DNA of 64,000 nucleotides from an uncultured Coprococcus sp. (GTDB lineage Bacteria; Bacillota; Clostridia; Lachnospirales; Lachnospiraceae): NCBI GenBank assembly GCA_964488185.1, contig CAZATW010000001.1, positions 19,582 to 83,581 of the forward strand, read 5' to 3'. Shown piece by piece: positions 1 to 9,833 of this stretch (position 1 is its first letter; each line of letters starts with the position of its first letter). The notes under the pieces were generated by a model. It saw only the letters and a program-made list of their open reading frames with translations, ran no database searches and was not told where the DNA came from. The position numbers and the translations under genes were made by a program.

Positions 1-50
1 ATTAAAAATATACCAATATATAATAACCAGCTTGTCTTTTTATTTAACAT
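1..50 (-). CDS. 5' end of a probable membrane protein (MLNKKTSWLLYIGIFL...), runs off the window
   Basis: ATG at 50 preceded by GGGGA, overlapping the end of the 40..2724 CDS. Open and hydrophobic to the window edge, but only 16 codons are visible. Confidence 0.4.
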   Translation of the reverse strand, partial: MLNKKTSWLLYIGIFL

Positions 51-2724
51 ATTCCCCTGTCTTCTTTCTTTTCTTACATATAATGAAATAAATTATAACA
101 ATGCAAACACCTGTACAAGTCATTATAAGTGCAGGAATAAATCCATAAGTTATATATTTAAACTCAATTGTATGTTCGCCTTCAGGCACTTCGATACCAA
201 TCAACGCATTATCTGCTATTCCTATAATATCGGTTTTTATACCATCTACATACGCAGTAAATCCTCTATAATAAGGTATTGATGTATACAGAACACCATC
301 ATAAACAGCATTGATACTACCTTTTATATATGTATCTTCTACAGTCTCCAAAATCAGTGTTTTATCATCTAATGACTCCATCACTTCCTTCATAACATTA
401 TCATGATATTCATAGAAATCAATATATGTAATACTTTTGTCTAACTGAGCACTCCAATTAAAAGCTTCAACACAAACACTTTGTCCGGCTTTCAATTCCC
501 CTAAATCAAGCATTTCACCTGCTACAGGATAAACAGAGTCACTTCCTATAGCTTCATTATCAATATATATTCTAGAACACAATCGTTTCGTATCCTGTAT
601 ATATATATACAGATGCATATCTCTTGGTACTACAAAACTAAATACTAAGCAGGCATTTGCATCCGGATCCAAGCAAACATTCTGATAATTAAATACATTC
701 TTAGAATTTGATTTTATTGTATCAGCAAAATTATTCAGTTCAAGCCTCATACAACCATAACTATGTACATCAAATTCCTCTAAACTATCTATATCAACCT
801 TTGTAAATACATTCTCCTGCCCGGATATTGCTTTAATATATTCATTTTGAACTTCAAATGGATTATTTCTATCAAAGTTCAGGTTCAAAATGTCATCTGG
901 CACCAGATATCCTAAGCCTGCAGTATAATCAGTACTATATACCCCGTATGTTTCATCAATCCCATAATCGTCATCAAGCAAATAATATGCGGCAATTTGC
1001 TTATACCCACCATAATATGCTTTATTGTCAGCCAACACATTTCTTACATTAAACATTAACGATGTAACCGGTGTTGCACCTCTATATCCATAAGTTCCAC
1101 CATTATTCTGATATACAAGTCCCACATTATCAAATAACCAAATCAAATTAGTATTTATAGATGATGCAAATAAATTTGTCTCCGAATATAACGCATTATT
1201 TTGAGATAATATCCATGATGTCTTCCGCTCCATATCATCAGAAGGTATATTCTCATAAACTTGCTCCCACTTTGATGATGCAGATGCCTTATCTTTACTT
1301 ATTTCAAAACTATCTCCATTAATAACAAAAAAGTTCGTAATCAATTCTAAAAATCCAATAATTATAATATTAAGTAAGAGGCTAGTCCTTTTAATACTCT
1401 TTTTCCTTTCAAAAATCAGTAAAAGCAATATATATGCCATTATTAATATACTACCCAAATAACAAACCATACTTTGAACATTGTCATTCTTAGCGAAAAC
1501 AAAACCTGTTATAATTCCAATTATAGCAAAAATAATTGATATCCATTTTAATTTGATGGATTCATATGTCATAACATTCTCAAACGCTGATATAATAAAT
1601 AATATCGAAACAAAAAAAGTAAATCTGTTACTGTATGCATGCGGAAAAGAAAATCCATGTAGTACATATATTGCAACTTTCCAATTTAAACATATTGAAA
1701 ATACAATTATCTCAAGCAATCTTTTTATTCTTGACTTAAGCTCTATATTTTTATTAAACATATAGCATATGCATAATACAAATATAAATAATCCAATGTA
1801 ATTATTATTTGTATATAATAAATTTCCTTTTATACTTATTTCATGTCCCCAAAAAAAGCTTTGTAGATAATTTGCGAAATTTCCAAACATATCTATATCT
1901 GAATCAGATAATCTCCTTAATCTATCCTCCCTTAATAGCACGGCAATATAGCACGGAACCAGAACAATTGCCGAACATAACGCTGAAACGATAGATGTTA
2001 CAGCAAACCTCCCAAATTTTTTAAAGAAGTCTTTTATACTATCTTTTTTCTGATCTATAAACCATACTACAGCAAATATGCATATAAACCAAGCGAAATA
2101 GAAATTTGTAATAAACACGATAGTTAAAGAAACAAAATATAATTTAACATTACTCTTTTCTGCCATAATCTCTATTCCAAGCATAACAAGCGGCATCATC
2201 AAAAGACTTATAAGCCAAATAATATTGTATTGATATGCAATTATAAAATCACACATGGAATATGCCGTTGCAAACAATATACATAATAAATCATTAAAAA
2301 TACCATGTTTCATCCTGTTTCTTTTTGTGTGAGCAAGGTAATAGAGCATGGTAACACCACACATACCAACCTGAACAAGCATCGTTATTACCATTCCAAG
2401 CTCCATATGTGTTTTGCCAAAAAGTAATGCAATGATATTAAACGGACTGGCAAGATAGTAGAAAAAATTAGAATAAAAATCATATCCTAATCCCGCGTCC
2501 CAGCTAAAGAATAATGAATTTCCATTTCTTAGCCTATCTGAAAGCTCCATAAAGAACGAATAATATTGAGCATTAGCATCTCCCAAAAGAATAGTAAATT
2601 TACCAAACGGATAACAATCCTTCATAACCATATGTATAACCATACATATAATAGGTATGACAAATACAATAATATATTTGTATACTCTATTACCCTTTTT
2701 ATAATTTCCCATAATTTCTTTCAT
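40..2724 (-). CDS. YfhO-family polytopic membrane protein (GT-C-like glycosyltransferase)
   Basis: 894 aa with many TM segments. Motifs 'GDANAQYYSFF', 'FYYLASPFN', 'LFITNFYFAW'-like, 'SIPYYRGFTAYVDG', 'GEHTIEFKY' and a C-terminal TM match the YfhO architecture. Confidence 0.8.
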   Translation of the reverse strand: MKEIMGNYKKGNRVYKYIIVFVIPIICMVIHMVMKDCYPFGKFTILLGDANAQYYSFFMELSDRLRNGNSLFFSWDAGLGYDFYSNFFYYLASPFNIIALLFGKTHMELGMVITMLVQVGMCGVTMLYYLAHTKRNRMKHGIFNDLLCILFATAYSMCDFIIAYQYNIIWLISLLMMPLVMLGIEIMAEKSNVKLYFVSLTIVFITNFYFAWFICIFAVVWFIDQKKDSIKDFFKKFGRFAVTSIVSALCSAIVLVPCYIAVLLREDRLRRLSDSDIDMFGNFANYLQSFFWGHEISIKGNLLYTNNNYIGLFIFVLCICYMFNKNIELKSRIKRLLEIIVFSICLNWKVAIYVLHGFSFPHAYSNRFTFFVSILFIISAFENVMTYESIKLKWISIIFAIIGIITGFVFAKNDNVQSMVCYLGSILIMAYILLLLIFERKKSIKRTSLLLNIIIIGFLELITNFFVINGDSFEISKDKASASSKWEQVYENIPSDDMERKTSWILSQNNALYSETNLFASSINTNLIWLFDNVGLVYQNNGGTYGYRGATPVTSLMFNVRNVLADNKAYYGGYKQIAAYYLLDDDYGIDETYGVYSTDYTAGLGYLVPDDILNLNFDRNNPFEVQNEYIKAISGQENVFTKVDIDSLEEFDVHSYGCMRLELNNFADTIKSNSKNVFNYQNVCLDPDANACLVFSFVVPRDMHLYIYIQDTKRLCSRIYIDNEAIGSDSVYPVAGEMLDLGELKAGQSVCVEAFNWSAQLDKSITYIDFYEYHDNVMKEVMESLDDKTLILETVEDTYIKGSINAVYDGVLYTSIPYYRGFTAYVDGIKTDIIGIADNALIGIEVPEGEHTIEFKYITYGFIPALIMTCTGVCIVIIYFIICKKRKKTGEYVK

Positions 2725-2793
2725 TACCTTACTCCTATTTGCTATTATTTAATACATGATATCTTACACCTATCAATAAATCTTCATACTCAG

Positions 2794-2961
2794 TCACCCT
2801 GAAAACAGGTAATGGCTATACCGGTAAATGACTCTGCCACAAATCTCAAAAACAACATAAACAGTATATAATTCTAAACAAAAAAAGAAAAGAGCAATAA
2901 TAAATAATATAATAACCATATTGATGATAATCGTATTATTGTTCTTACCCTTTTCCTTCAT
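2794..2961 (-). CDS. Putative 55-aa small membrane protein (below ORF-track cutoff)
   Basis: Hand translation: MKEKGKNNNTIIINMVIILFIIALFFFCLELYTVYVVFEICGRVIYRYSHYLFSG*. AAGGGG RBS-like sequence upstream, start 11 nt after the purL stop, basic N-terminus followed by a hydrophobic stretch. Confidence 0.45.
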   Translation of the reverse strand: MKEKGKNNNTIIINMVIILFIIALFFFCLELYTVYVVFEICGRVIYRYSHYLFSG

Positions 2962-2972
2962 TTTAATACCCT

Positions 2973-5900
2973 TTACTTAAAGTAACCCACGCCACTTTCA
3001 AATATCTTCTGATTCTGGTCTCCGTATACATTGACTGCAACGGCATCACCGATACGTTCTGAGTGTCCCATCTTACCAAGCACACGGCCATCCGGACTTG
3101 TGATACCCTCAATCGCATAGTAGGAACCGTTGATATTGTAATATTCGTCCATGGTAGGATTACCGTCCATGTCCACATACTGGGTTGCCACCTGACCATT
3201 TGCAAACAGCTTCTCACACCATTCCTTGCCGGCTACAAAACGGCCTTCCCCATGTGAAATCGGAATTGTATATACGCCGCCAAGCTCTGCGCCCATAAGC
3301 CACGGGCTCTTATTTGTTACCACCTTTGTATATACCATCTTGGACTGATGACGGCCGATACTGTTCATCGTCAGAGTCGGCGAAGTCTCAGACTGCGGTC
3401 TTATCTCACCATATGGTACAAGTCCCAGCTTAATCAACGCCTGGAAACCGTTACAGATACCAAGTGCCAGACCATCTCTCTCATTCAGAAGCTTCATAAC
3501 CTCCTCGGAAATCTTTGCGTTTCTGAAAGCAGTAGCTATGAACTTACCGGAACCGTCCGGCTCATCACCGGCTGAAAAACCACCTGGGAACATAATAATC
3601 TGCGCCTTGCTGATAGCCTTGGCAAATGCATCTACGGAATCCCTGATGCCCTGCGCTGTCATATTCCTAAATACAATCGTTTCTACCTCTGCACCTGCTC
3701 TTTCAAATGCCTTTGCAGAATCATACTCACAGTTTGTTCCAGGGAATACAGGTATAAATACCCTCGGCTTTGCAACCTTATTCTTTGCTGCATATACCGT
3801 CTTTGCATCATATACACCGGTCTTAATCTCTGTCTTTTGAACATTGGACTCTGTTGGAAATACCTTCTCAAGTGTTCCTGTCCATGCTGCTACGGCTTCA
3901 TCCATCGTTACCGTTACATCACCATATGTGAAGCAGGCTGTATCGTTTACCTTACCAATCTTCTTAACAGGAATACCAAGCGTCTCCAAATTCTCAGGCT
4001 TAATCTCAAGTATGATGGAACCGTAGTCCTTGGCAAGCAGCTCTCTCTTAGAAACGCACTCTCTAAGAGCAACACCAAGCTTATTTCCAAATGCCATCTT
4101 GCTGACAGCCTCGAGCATACCGCCAAAGCCTACAGCATATGCGGATTCAATCTTACCTGCCTTAATTGCCTTGTTAAGCAAACCATACATCTTGCGCACA
4201 TTGGAATATACCGGTATATCATTTTCATCCTTTTCTATATCCATCTTCACAAGAATATTGCCTGCTGCCTTAAGCTCAGGAGTCACAACATCCATGTAAC
4301 TTGCAACATCCACTGCAAAGGATACAAGTGTCGGCGGTACGTCTATATCATTAAATGTACCTGACATACTGTCCTTACCGCCTATTGACGGAAGTCCCAT
4401 TCCGATTTGTACATCATACGCACCAAGAAGCGCTGAAAGAGGCTGTCCCCATCTGTATGGGTCACTGCCAAGTCTCTTGAAATATTCCTGGAATGTCAGT
4501 CTTATCTTTGAAACATCACCGCCTGCTGCTGCTATCTTCGCCGCTGATGTTACAACTGCATAGACGGAACCATGATATGGGCTCCAGCTTGAAAGATATG
4601 GGTCAAAGCCATAGCTCATCATGGTAATGGTATCCGTCTTTCCCGTAAGTACAGGAAGCTTTGCAATCATGGTCTGGGTCGGTGTCATCTGATATTTACC
4701 ACCATATGGCATCGTAACGGATGCAGCACCAATGGAGCTGTCAAACATCTCCACAAGTCCTTTTTGCGAACATACATTTAAGTCTGCCAGTGTATCAAGC
4801 CAAGCCTGCTTTACATCATCAGGCTCCTGAACCGAATCAAAATAATTGTCTGCCCTTGACGGTACTTCTACCTTGACTGTCGTCTCCTGATGCGCACCGT
4901 TTGTATCAAGGAACGCACGGGAAATATTTACGATTTCCTTACCTCTCCACTTCAGCACAAGTCTAGGCTCCTCAGTTACTACTGCTACAACTACTGCTTC
5001 AAGGTTCTCTTCCTCAGCATATCCAAGCATCGTATCTACATCCTTAGGGTCTACAACGATAGCCATACGCTCCTGAGACTCGGATATGGCAAGCTCTGTA
5101 CCGTCAAGACCTGCATATTTCTTTGGAACTTTATCGAGGTCAACCGTAAGACCTGCTGCCAGCTCACCGATGGCAACCGATACACCACCGGCACCAAAGT
5201 CGTTACATTTCTTTATTATAGAAGCTACCTCTTCTCTTCTGAATAATCTCTGTATCTTTCTTTCCGTAGGCGGATTACCCTTCTGTACCTCTGCACCACA
5301 TGTCTCAAGTGACTGTGATGTATGAGCCTTTGATGAACCCGTTGCACCACCACAGCCGTCTCGGCCTGTACGTCCGCCAAGTAATATGATCATATCTCCC
5401 GGATCAGAATTCAGACGCTTTACTGCACGTCTTGGGGCAGCACCCATAACAGCGCCGATTTCCATTCTCTTTGCCACATAATCAGGGTGATAAATCTCAT
5501 TTACAAGACCTGTGGCAAGACCGATCTGGTTACCATATGAACTGTAGCCGTGAGCCGCTGTTGTAACAATCTTTCTCTGCGGAAGCTTGCCCTCCATTGT
5601 CTCCTTCAGTGACTTTGTAGGGTCCGCCGCACCTGTTACACGCATAGCCTGATATACATATCCTCTTCCTGAAAGCGGATCTCTTATGGCACCGCCCAGA
5701 CATGTAGCCGCTCCACCAAAAGGCTCTATCTCGGTAGGGTGGTTGTGTGTCTCATTCTTGAAGAATATAAGCCACTCCTCCGTAACACCGTCTACCTCTA
5801 CAGGCACGATAATACTACATGCATTGATTTCATCCGATACTTCCATATCATCAAGCTTACCTGCTGCCTTAAGCTGCTTCATGCCCATAAGGGCTATATC

Positions 5901-6728
5901 CATGAGACATACAAACTTGTCATCTCTGTCCTTGTACATCTCCTTCATCTCTTTACGATATGCTTCAAATGTATTCTCCAGAAGCTCCTTATAATCTCCG
6001 TCATCAAATGCTACATCCGTAAGCTCTGTTGAAAATGTCGTATGACGGCAATGGTCTGACCAGTATGTGTCCAGCACCCTGATTTCCGTCATTGACGGGT
6101 CACGCTTCTCCTCACCGTTAAAATAGTTCTGGATATGAAGAAAATCCTTAAATGTCATGGCAAGTCCCAGAGAGTCATAAAGCGCCTTAAGCTTGTCCTC
6201 CTCCATATCCTTAAAACCGTCAAATATAATCACATCAGCAGGCTCATCATATTCTGTCACGAGCGTCTCAGGAATCTCCATGCCACATGCTCTGGAATCT
6301 ACCGGATTGATACAATAGTCCATAACAGCCTTAAACTGCTCATCCGTTATATCGCCTGAAAGAATATAGGTAGCAGCCGTCTTTATAATAGGCGCTTCCT
6401 CCTCATTAAGAAGCTTTACACACTGCTCTGCCGAATCCGCTCTCTGGTCAAACTGTCCCGGAAGTGCCTCAACCGAAAATACCCTGTCAGTGTTCTCAAG
6501 CGGAAGTGCATCTCCCTCATATATCATATCAATGGGCGGCTCTGAAAATACAGTCTCCAAAGCCTTTGCATAAGTCTCATCCGATATGTTCTCGATATCA
6601 TATCTTACAAGGACTCTTACATACTCTGCCTTAATCCCCAGATAATTCTTAATCTCCTCGTGGAGTTCCTTTGCCTTTACAGCATAGTCAGGTCTTTTTT
6701 CTACATATACTCTTCTTACCTTACTCAT
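2973..6728 (-). CDS. purL: Phosphoribosylformylglycinamidine synthase, large fused type (synthetase plus glutaminase)
   Basis: Motifs 'YWSDHCRHTTF', 'KNETHNHPTEIEPFGGAATC', 'DFGAGG'; glutaminase 'GICNGFQ' and 'SHGEG'. Start moved to MSKVRR (6728), which has an AGGAGG RBS. Confidence 0.97.
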   Translation of the reverse strand: MSKVRRVYVEKRPDYAVKAKELHEEIKNYLGIKAEYVRVLVRYDIENISDETYAKALETVFSEPPIDMIYEGDALPLENTDRVFSVEALPGQFDQRADSAEQCVKLLNEEEAPIIKTAATYILSGDITDEQFKAVMDYCINPVDSRACGMEIPETLVTEYDEPADVIIFDGFKDMEEDKLKALYDSLGLAMTFKDFLHIQNYFNGEEKRDPSMTEIRVLDTYWSDHCRHTTFSTELTDVAFDDGDYKELLENTFEAYRKEMKEMYKDRDDKFVCLMDIALMGMKQLKAAGKLDDMEVSDEINACSIIVPVEVDGVTEEWLIFFKNETHNHPTEIEPFGGAATCLGGAIRDPLSGRGYVYQAMRVTGAADPTKSLKETMEGKLPQRKIVTTAAHGYSSYGNQIGLATGLVNEIYHPDYVAKRMEIGAVMGAAPRRAVKRLNSDPGDMIILLGGRTGRDGCGGATGSSKAHTSQSLETCGAEVQKGNPPTERKIQRLFRREEVASIIKKCNDFGAGGVSVAIGELAAGLTVDLDKVPKKYAGLDGTELAISESQERMAIVVDPKDVDTMLGYAEEENLEAVVVAVVTEEPRLVLKWRGKEIVNISRAFLDTNGAHQETTVKVEVPSRADNYFDSVQEPDDVKQAWLDTLADLNVCSQKGLVEMFDSSIGAASVTMPYGGKYQMTPTQTMIAKLPVLTGKTDTITMMSYGFDPYLSSWSPYHGSVYAVVTSAAKIAAAGGDVSKIRLTFQEYFKRLGSDPYRWGQPLSALLGAYDVQIGMGLPSIGGKDSMSGTFNDIDVPPTLVSFAVDVASYMDVVTPELKAAGNILVKMDIEKDENDIPVYSNVRKMYGLLNKAIKAGKIESAYAVGFGGMLEAVSKMAFGNKLGVALRECVSKRELLAKDYGSIILEIKPENLETLGIPVKKIGKVNDTACFTYGDVTVTMDEAVAAWTGTLEKVFPTESNVQKTEIKTGVYDAKTVYAAKNKVAKPRVFIPVFPGTNCEYDSAKAFERAGAEVETIVFRNMTAQGIRDSVDAFAKAISKAQIIMFPGGFSAGDEPDGSGKFIATAFRNAKISEEVMKLLNERDGLALGICNGFQALIKLGLVPYGEIRPQSETSPTLTMNSIGRHQSKMVYTKVVTNKSPWLMGAELGGVYTIPISHGEGRFVAGKEWCEKLFANGQVATQYVDMDGNPTMDEYYNINGSYYAIEGITSPDGRVLGKMGHSERIGDAVAVNVYGDQNQKIFESGVGYFK

Positions 6729-6830
6729 GGTAAACCTCCTGTTTATTTGCAATACAAAGCTATATTAACATGATTGCACTTCATTTAATAGTTTTTTTTA
6801 CAAATTCTTATAAAATTCTATCTGATATAC

Positions 6831-7769
6831 CTAATTATGTAACCGCCTTATCATTTTAAACAACACTGAATTTTGATAAATCATAGGTACGTCCTGACAA
6901 AAGAATATGATTCCGTCTGTAGGCGCATAGACCTCGGATGAATTTTCTCCGGTCATAGGATTGATAATATGAGCTATTACATCACCCCTTACCACCTCGT
7001 CTCCGGGATTGACAAGCCTTCTGAAGAAGCCTCCTGATTTATCTGATTTAATATTGAGTAACTCCTCCTCATCAAGGATGGTGGAAATAAATCCTGCATG
7101 ACAGTTATACCTTATAATTCCCATACGCGTCAGAAATCTGAGGACAGAGGATACCGCCTGTCTTGCACTTTCTTCATCTATTATATCGGTATATTTTGAA
7201 TATACCGAAAACGCTTCCGTTCCTCTCATCTGCCAGTTATAATTCAGCGTTGACGTGTCATAGGCACGAGGCTTTGAAGTTAAAACATAGGGAAGTCCGA
7301 ACTGATTTGCCAGACTGTTACTCTGCTTGCCCGTCTCTATCATTCTGATATGCGGTATAAAAATACCCTCCATATAAAAGCTGGCAAACTGTATTCCATA
7401 TGAATAACCGGATACCTTTTCCATAACTGCCGCCGCTATACGGCTTGTAGCCTGTCCCTCCGAATTTCCCGGAAAAGACCTGTTAATATCGGAATTATCC
7501 GTAATCCAATATTTCTTTCCTACATTAAACGAGCTGTAATTCAACGACGGTATCAGTAATATCTGCTTGCCTGAAACGATTGCACCCTTGTTCTCCAGCT
7601 CACTCAGCTTTTTAGAAATCAGCGAGCAGATATAAAGCTGCTGGAACTCATTTCCTCTCATGGCGCCAACAATACAGGCCGCCTTATCACCGCTGCCAAA
7701 GCTGTATCCCTGTATTGTATAGTCTCCTCGATATGCGGTGTTCATGGAATAGATGATTTCTTTATTCAT
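6831..7769 (-). CDS. M14/succinylglutamate desuccinylase-aspartoacylase-like protein with degenerate Zn ligands and a C-terminal lipoyl-like domain
   Basis: 'GAMRGNE' (canonical GxxHGxE), 'DINRSFPG', C-terminal 'GGFF...VNPGDEV..GD.IA.I'. Start MNKE (7769) has a GGAGG RBS and overlaps the upstream stop. Confidence 0.75.
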   Translation of the reverse strand: MNKEIIYSMNTAYRGDYTIQGYSFGSGDKAACIVGAMRGNEFQQLYICSLISKKLSELENKGAIVSGKQILLIPSLNYSSFNVGKKYWITDNSDINRSFPGNSEGQATSRIAAAVMEKVSGYSYGIQFASFYMEGIFIPHIRMIETGKQSNSLANQFGLPYVLTSKPRAYDTSTLNYNWQMRGTEAFSVYSKYTDIIDEESARQAVSSVLRFLTRMGIIRYNCHAGFISTILDEEELLNIKSDKSGGFFRRLVNPGDEVVRGDVIAHIINPMTGENSSEVYAPTDGIIFFCQDVPMIYQNSVLFKMIRRLHN

Positions 7770-8700
7770 TTGCACCTCCAAATATTCTGGCTACCAGAGA
7801 GCCCTCTTCTATAACCGGATATTCTCTTAATGAAACAATCATTCCACTTCTTGGAGCCATTATCGTTTCCTCGACAGAACCGGTAAGCACATTTACAATG
7901 CAGCCTAAAATATCACCTTTTTGTATCATCTCGGAATGCTTCACAGCCGGAACGAATATTCCGCTGCTTTCGGCATTTATGTAAGCTACATTATTATCCC
8001 CTGCTATTTGGGGTATGTGTGTGACATTTACCGTCTCCTTCCAAATACCCATATATTCCATTAATGAAAACAGACCTTCCACTATCTGATTTGCATAATC
8101 ATAATCGATTTTAAGTGCAACACCGGATTCTACAATCATGGTTTTTACACCTACCTCATTTAGCGAATATGCCAGACTTCCCGCCATAACTGATGATGAC
8201 GGATGCACCCATATAACATCTGTATTCATCCTCTCGGCATAAGGAACAATATCCTCTGCCACATCCGAATTGACTCTGACTTGCGGCAGCTCCTTCATAT
8301 ATACACTGCTTGAATGTATATCTACACATATATCCGACCCCACAATGTCCTTTAGCACAAGTGCTGCCGTATACTCACCAACGGTTCCCTCTGTAGAACC
8401 GGGAAAAAGCGTATTCATGTCCGTATCAAATACAGGTACATATCTGTTCTGTGCCTCAAGTCCCATAGGATTTATAAAGGGATATACATCCACTATTCCC
8501 GTCAGCTTGTCAAAATCCCTTTTTATCCGCCTTATTACCTCATAACAAATATATTGTCCTGACACCTCATCACCATGAAGTCCTGACACAATACTAAGTC
8601 TTTTTTCTTTTCCGTTTGGAAAATCAGGTGAAAGACGATTCTTCTTCACCCTCATTACTTCTCCTATCAGCATGCTGGCTGATACAACCGTTTCTATCAT
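7762..8700 (-). CDS. M14/succinylglutamate desuccinylase-aspartoacylase family protein
   Basis: 'SGLHGDE', 'NPMG', 'DMNTLFPG', 'VDIHSS', 'VESG', and a C-terminal biotinyl/lipoyl-like segment 'SGIFVPAVKHSEMIQKGDILG'. Confidence 0.8.
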   Translation of the reverse strand: MIETVVSASMLIGEVMRVKKNRLSPDFPNGKEKRLSIVSGLHGDEVSGQYICYEVIRRIKRDFDKLTGIVDVYPFINPMGLEAQNRYVPVFDTDMNTLFPGSTEGTVGEYTAALVLKDIVGSDICVDIHSSSVYMKELPQVRVNSDVAEDIVPYAERMNTDVIWVHPSSSVMAGSLAYSLNEVGVKTMIVESGVALKIDYDYANQIVEGLFSLMEYMGIWKETVNVTHIPQIAGDNNVAYINAESSGIFVPAVKHSEMIQKGDILGCIVNVLTGSVEETIMAPRSGMIVSLREYPVIEEGSLVARIFGGANE

Positions 8701-8796
8701 TTTTCATCCCCATCCAGTCTTGTATTAACCCACAAATTGCCTGCACAACTACAGAATTGCTCTCCAAAAGCACCTTCCGGAGGCATGGCAACAGAA

Positions 8797-8825
8797 AAAG
8801 CAGGATACTTCCGGTGCCCTGCTTT
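8797..8825 (-). terminator. Hairpin with U-tract between spo0A-2 and the M14 pair
   Basis: Minus strand AAAGCAGG-13 nt-CCTGCTTT followed by TTCT. Confidence 0.55.
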
Positions 8826-8841
8826 CACTGTATCTTATATT

Positions 8842-8871
8842 ATTATACACAATTTTCCAATTCTTCGTCAA
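8842..8871 (-). promoter_or_regulatory. Candidate sigma-A promoter with a perfect 0A box overlapping the -35
   Basis: TTGACG (8871-8866), 18 nt, TATAAT (8847-8842). TGACGAA at 8870-8864 matches the Spo0A box TGNCGAA. Confidence 0.45.
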
Positions 8872-8893
8872 TTAAATGTAAAAAATCTTAAGC

Positions 8894-9703
8894 TTATGCT
8901 CTCTTTCTGTACTCTATACGCAGCTTGTCTGAAATAAGTGCAATAAATTCTGAATTCGTAGGCTTTCCTTTACCTGCATTGACCGTATAGCCAAACATAT
9001 CATTAATTACATCAATCTGTCCCCTGCTCCATGCCACTTCAATCGCATGCCTGATGGCACGTTCTACACTTGATGAAGTTGTTTTATATTTCTTTGCAAT
9101 GGTCGGATACAACAGCTTTGTTATATAATTCAACATATTTGCATCATTTACTGCCATTATAATACCTTCTCTGATATACTGATAGCCCTTGATATTGGCA
9201 GGTATTCCGATGTCTCTGATAATATCCGTTACATCACTTTCAATATTATCCGTTGTTCTCAATCCTGATTTATTCGGAATACATACAAGCTCATCAGAAG
9301 CCTCCATATAAAGCTCTTTTTTACGCTTAAAAATCTGCTTTACTCTTGCAACAAGAGAAATCGGATTATACGGCTTCAAGATATAGTAGGTTGCTCCGAG
9401 CTCAAATGCACATCTTATCAGCCGTTGGGAGCCTACAGAGGTTACAACAATAAAAGTAGTATCTGATAACTCTTCATCTGCACCTATTGTTTCCATAACC
9501 GCAAGTCCGTCTATAATAGGCAGACAGATATCAAGTAATACAATATCCGGTTTATACTTTCTGATAGATTCTATGGCAGCTTCACCATCACTTACCTTAT
9601 CCATTATGTTCAGCTCTTCTTTCGTCATATTTGCCATAAGCTGACTGGCAATTAACTCACATTCACTATCGGCAATTATTATGTTCATCCCGTTATTACT
9701 CAT
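8894..9703 (-). CDS. spo0A: Spo0A paralog 2 (near-canonical receiver plus Spo0A DNA-binding domain)
   Basis: Receiver 'IIIADS', 'DIVLLD', 'VTSVG', 'YILKPY'. Spo0A C-domain '[15 protein letters not shown]...[28 protein letters not shown]...[16 protein letters not shown]'. Confidence 0.9.
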   Translation of the reverse strand: MSNNGMNIIIADSECELIASQLMANMTKEELNIMDKVSDGEAAIESIRKYKPDIVLLDICLPIIDGLAVMETIGADEELSDTTFIVVTSVGSQRLIRCAFELGATYYILKPYNPISLVARVKQIFKRKKELYMEASDELVCIPNKSGLRTTDNIESDVTDIIRDIGIPANIKGYQYIREGIIMAVNDANMLNYITKLLYPTIAKKYKTTSSSVERAIRHAIEVAWSRGQIDVINDMFGYTVNAGKGKPTNSEFIALISDKLRIEYRKRA

Positions 9704-9763
9704 GATTATTCCCCATTTCGTTTCTTTCTATGTTTTTTTGCACCATTCGAATAATGTATTTAA

Positions 9764-9792
9764 ATAATATTCGACAGAATTACATTTGTCAA
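9764..9792 (-). promoter_or_regulatory. Sigma-A promoter of spo0A-2 with a perfect 0A box in the spacer
   Basis: TTGACA (9792-9787), 17 nt, TATTAT (9769-9764). TGTCGAA at 9776-9770. Confidence 0.7.
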
Positions 9793-9795
9793 GTA

Positions 9796-9829
9796 TTTTT
9801 GATATCGTTTTTGATATTGTTTTTGATAT
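9796..9829. repeat. Three direct repeats of TTTTTGATAT with a 12-bp period
   Basis: Copies at 9796-9805, 9808-9817 and 9820-9829, immediately upstream of the -35. Confidence 0.8.
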
Positions 9830-9833
9830 CTAT

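Noticed and set aside
6729-6830. Purine riboswitch or PurR box upstream of purL
   Set aside because: The gap is only about 100 bp, very AT-rich, and has no aptamer or PurBox-like sequence.
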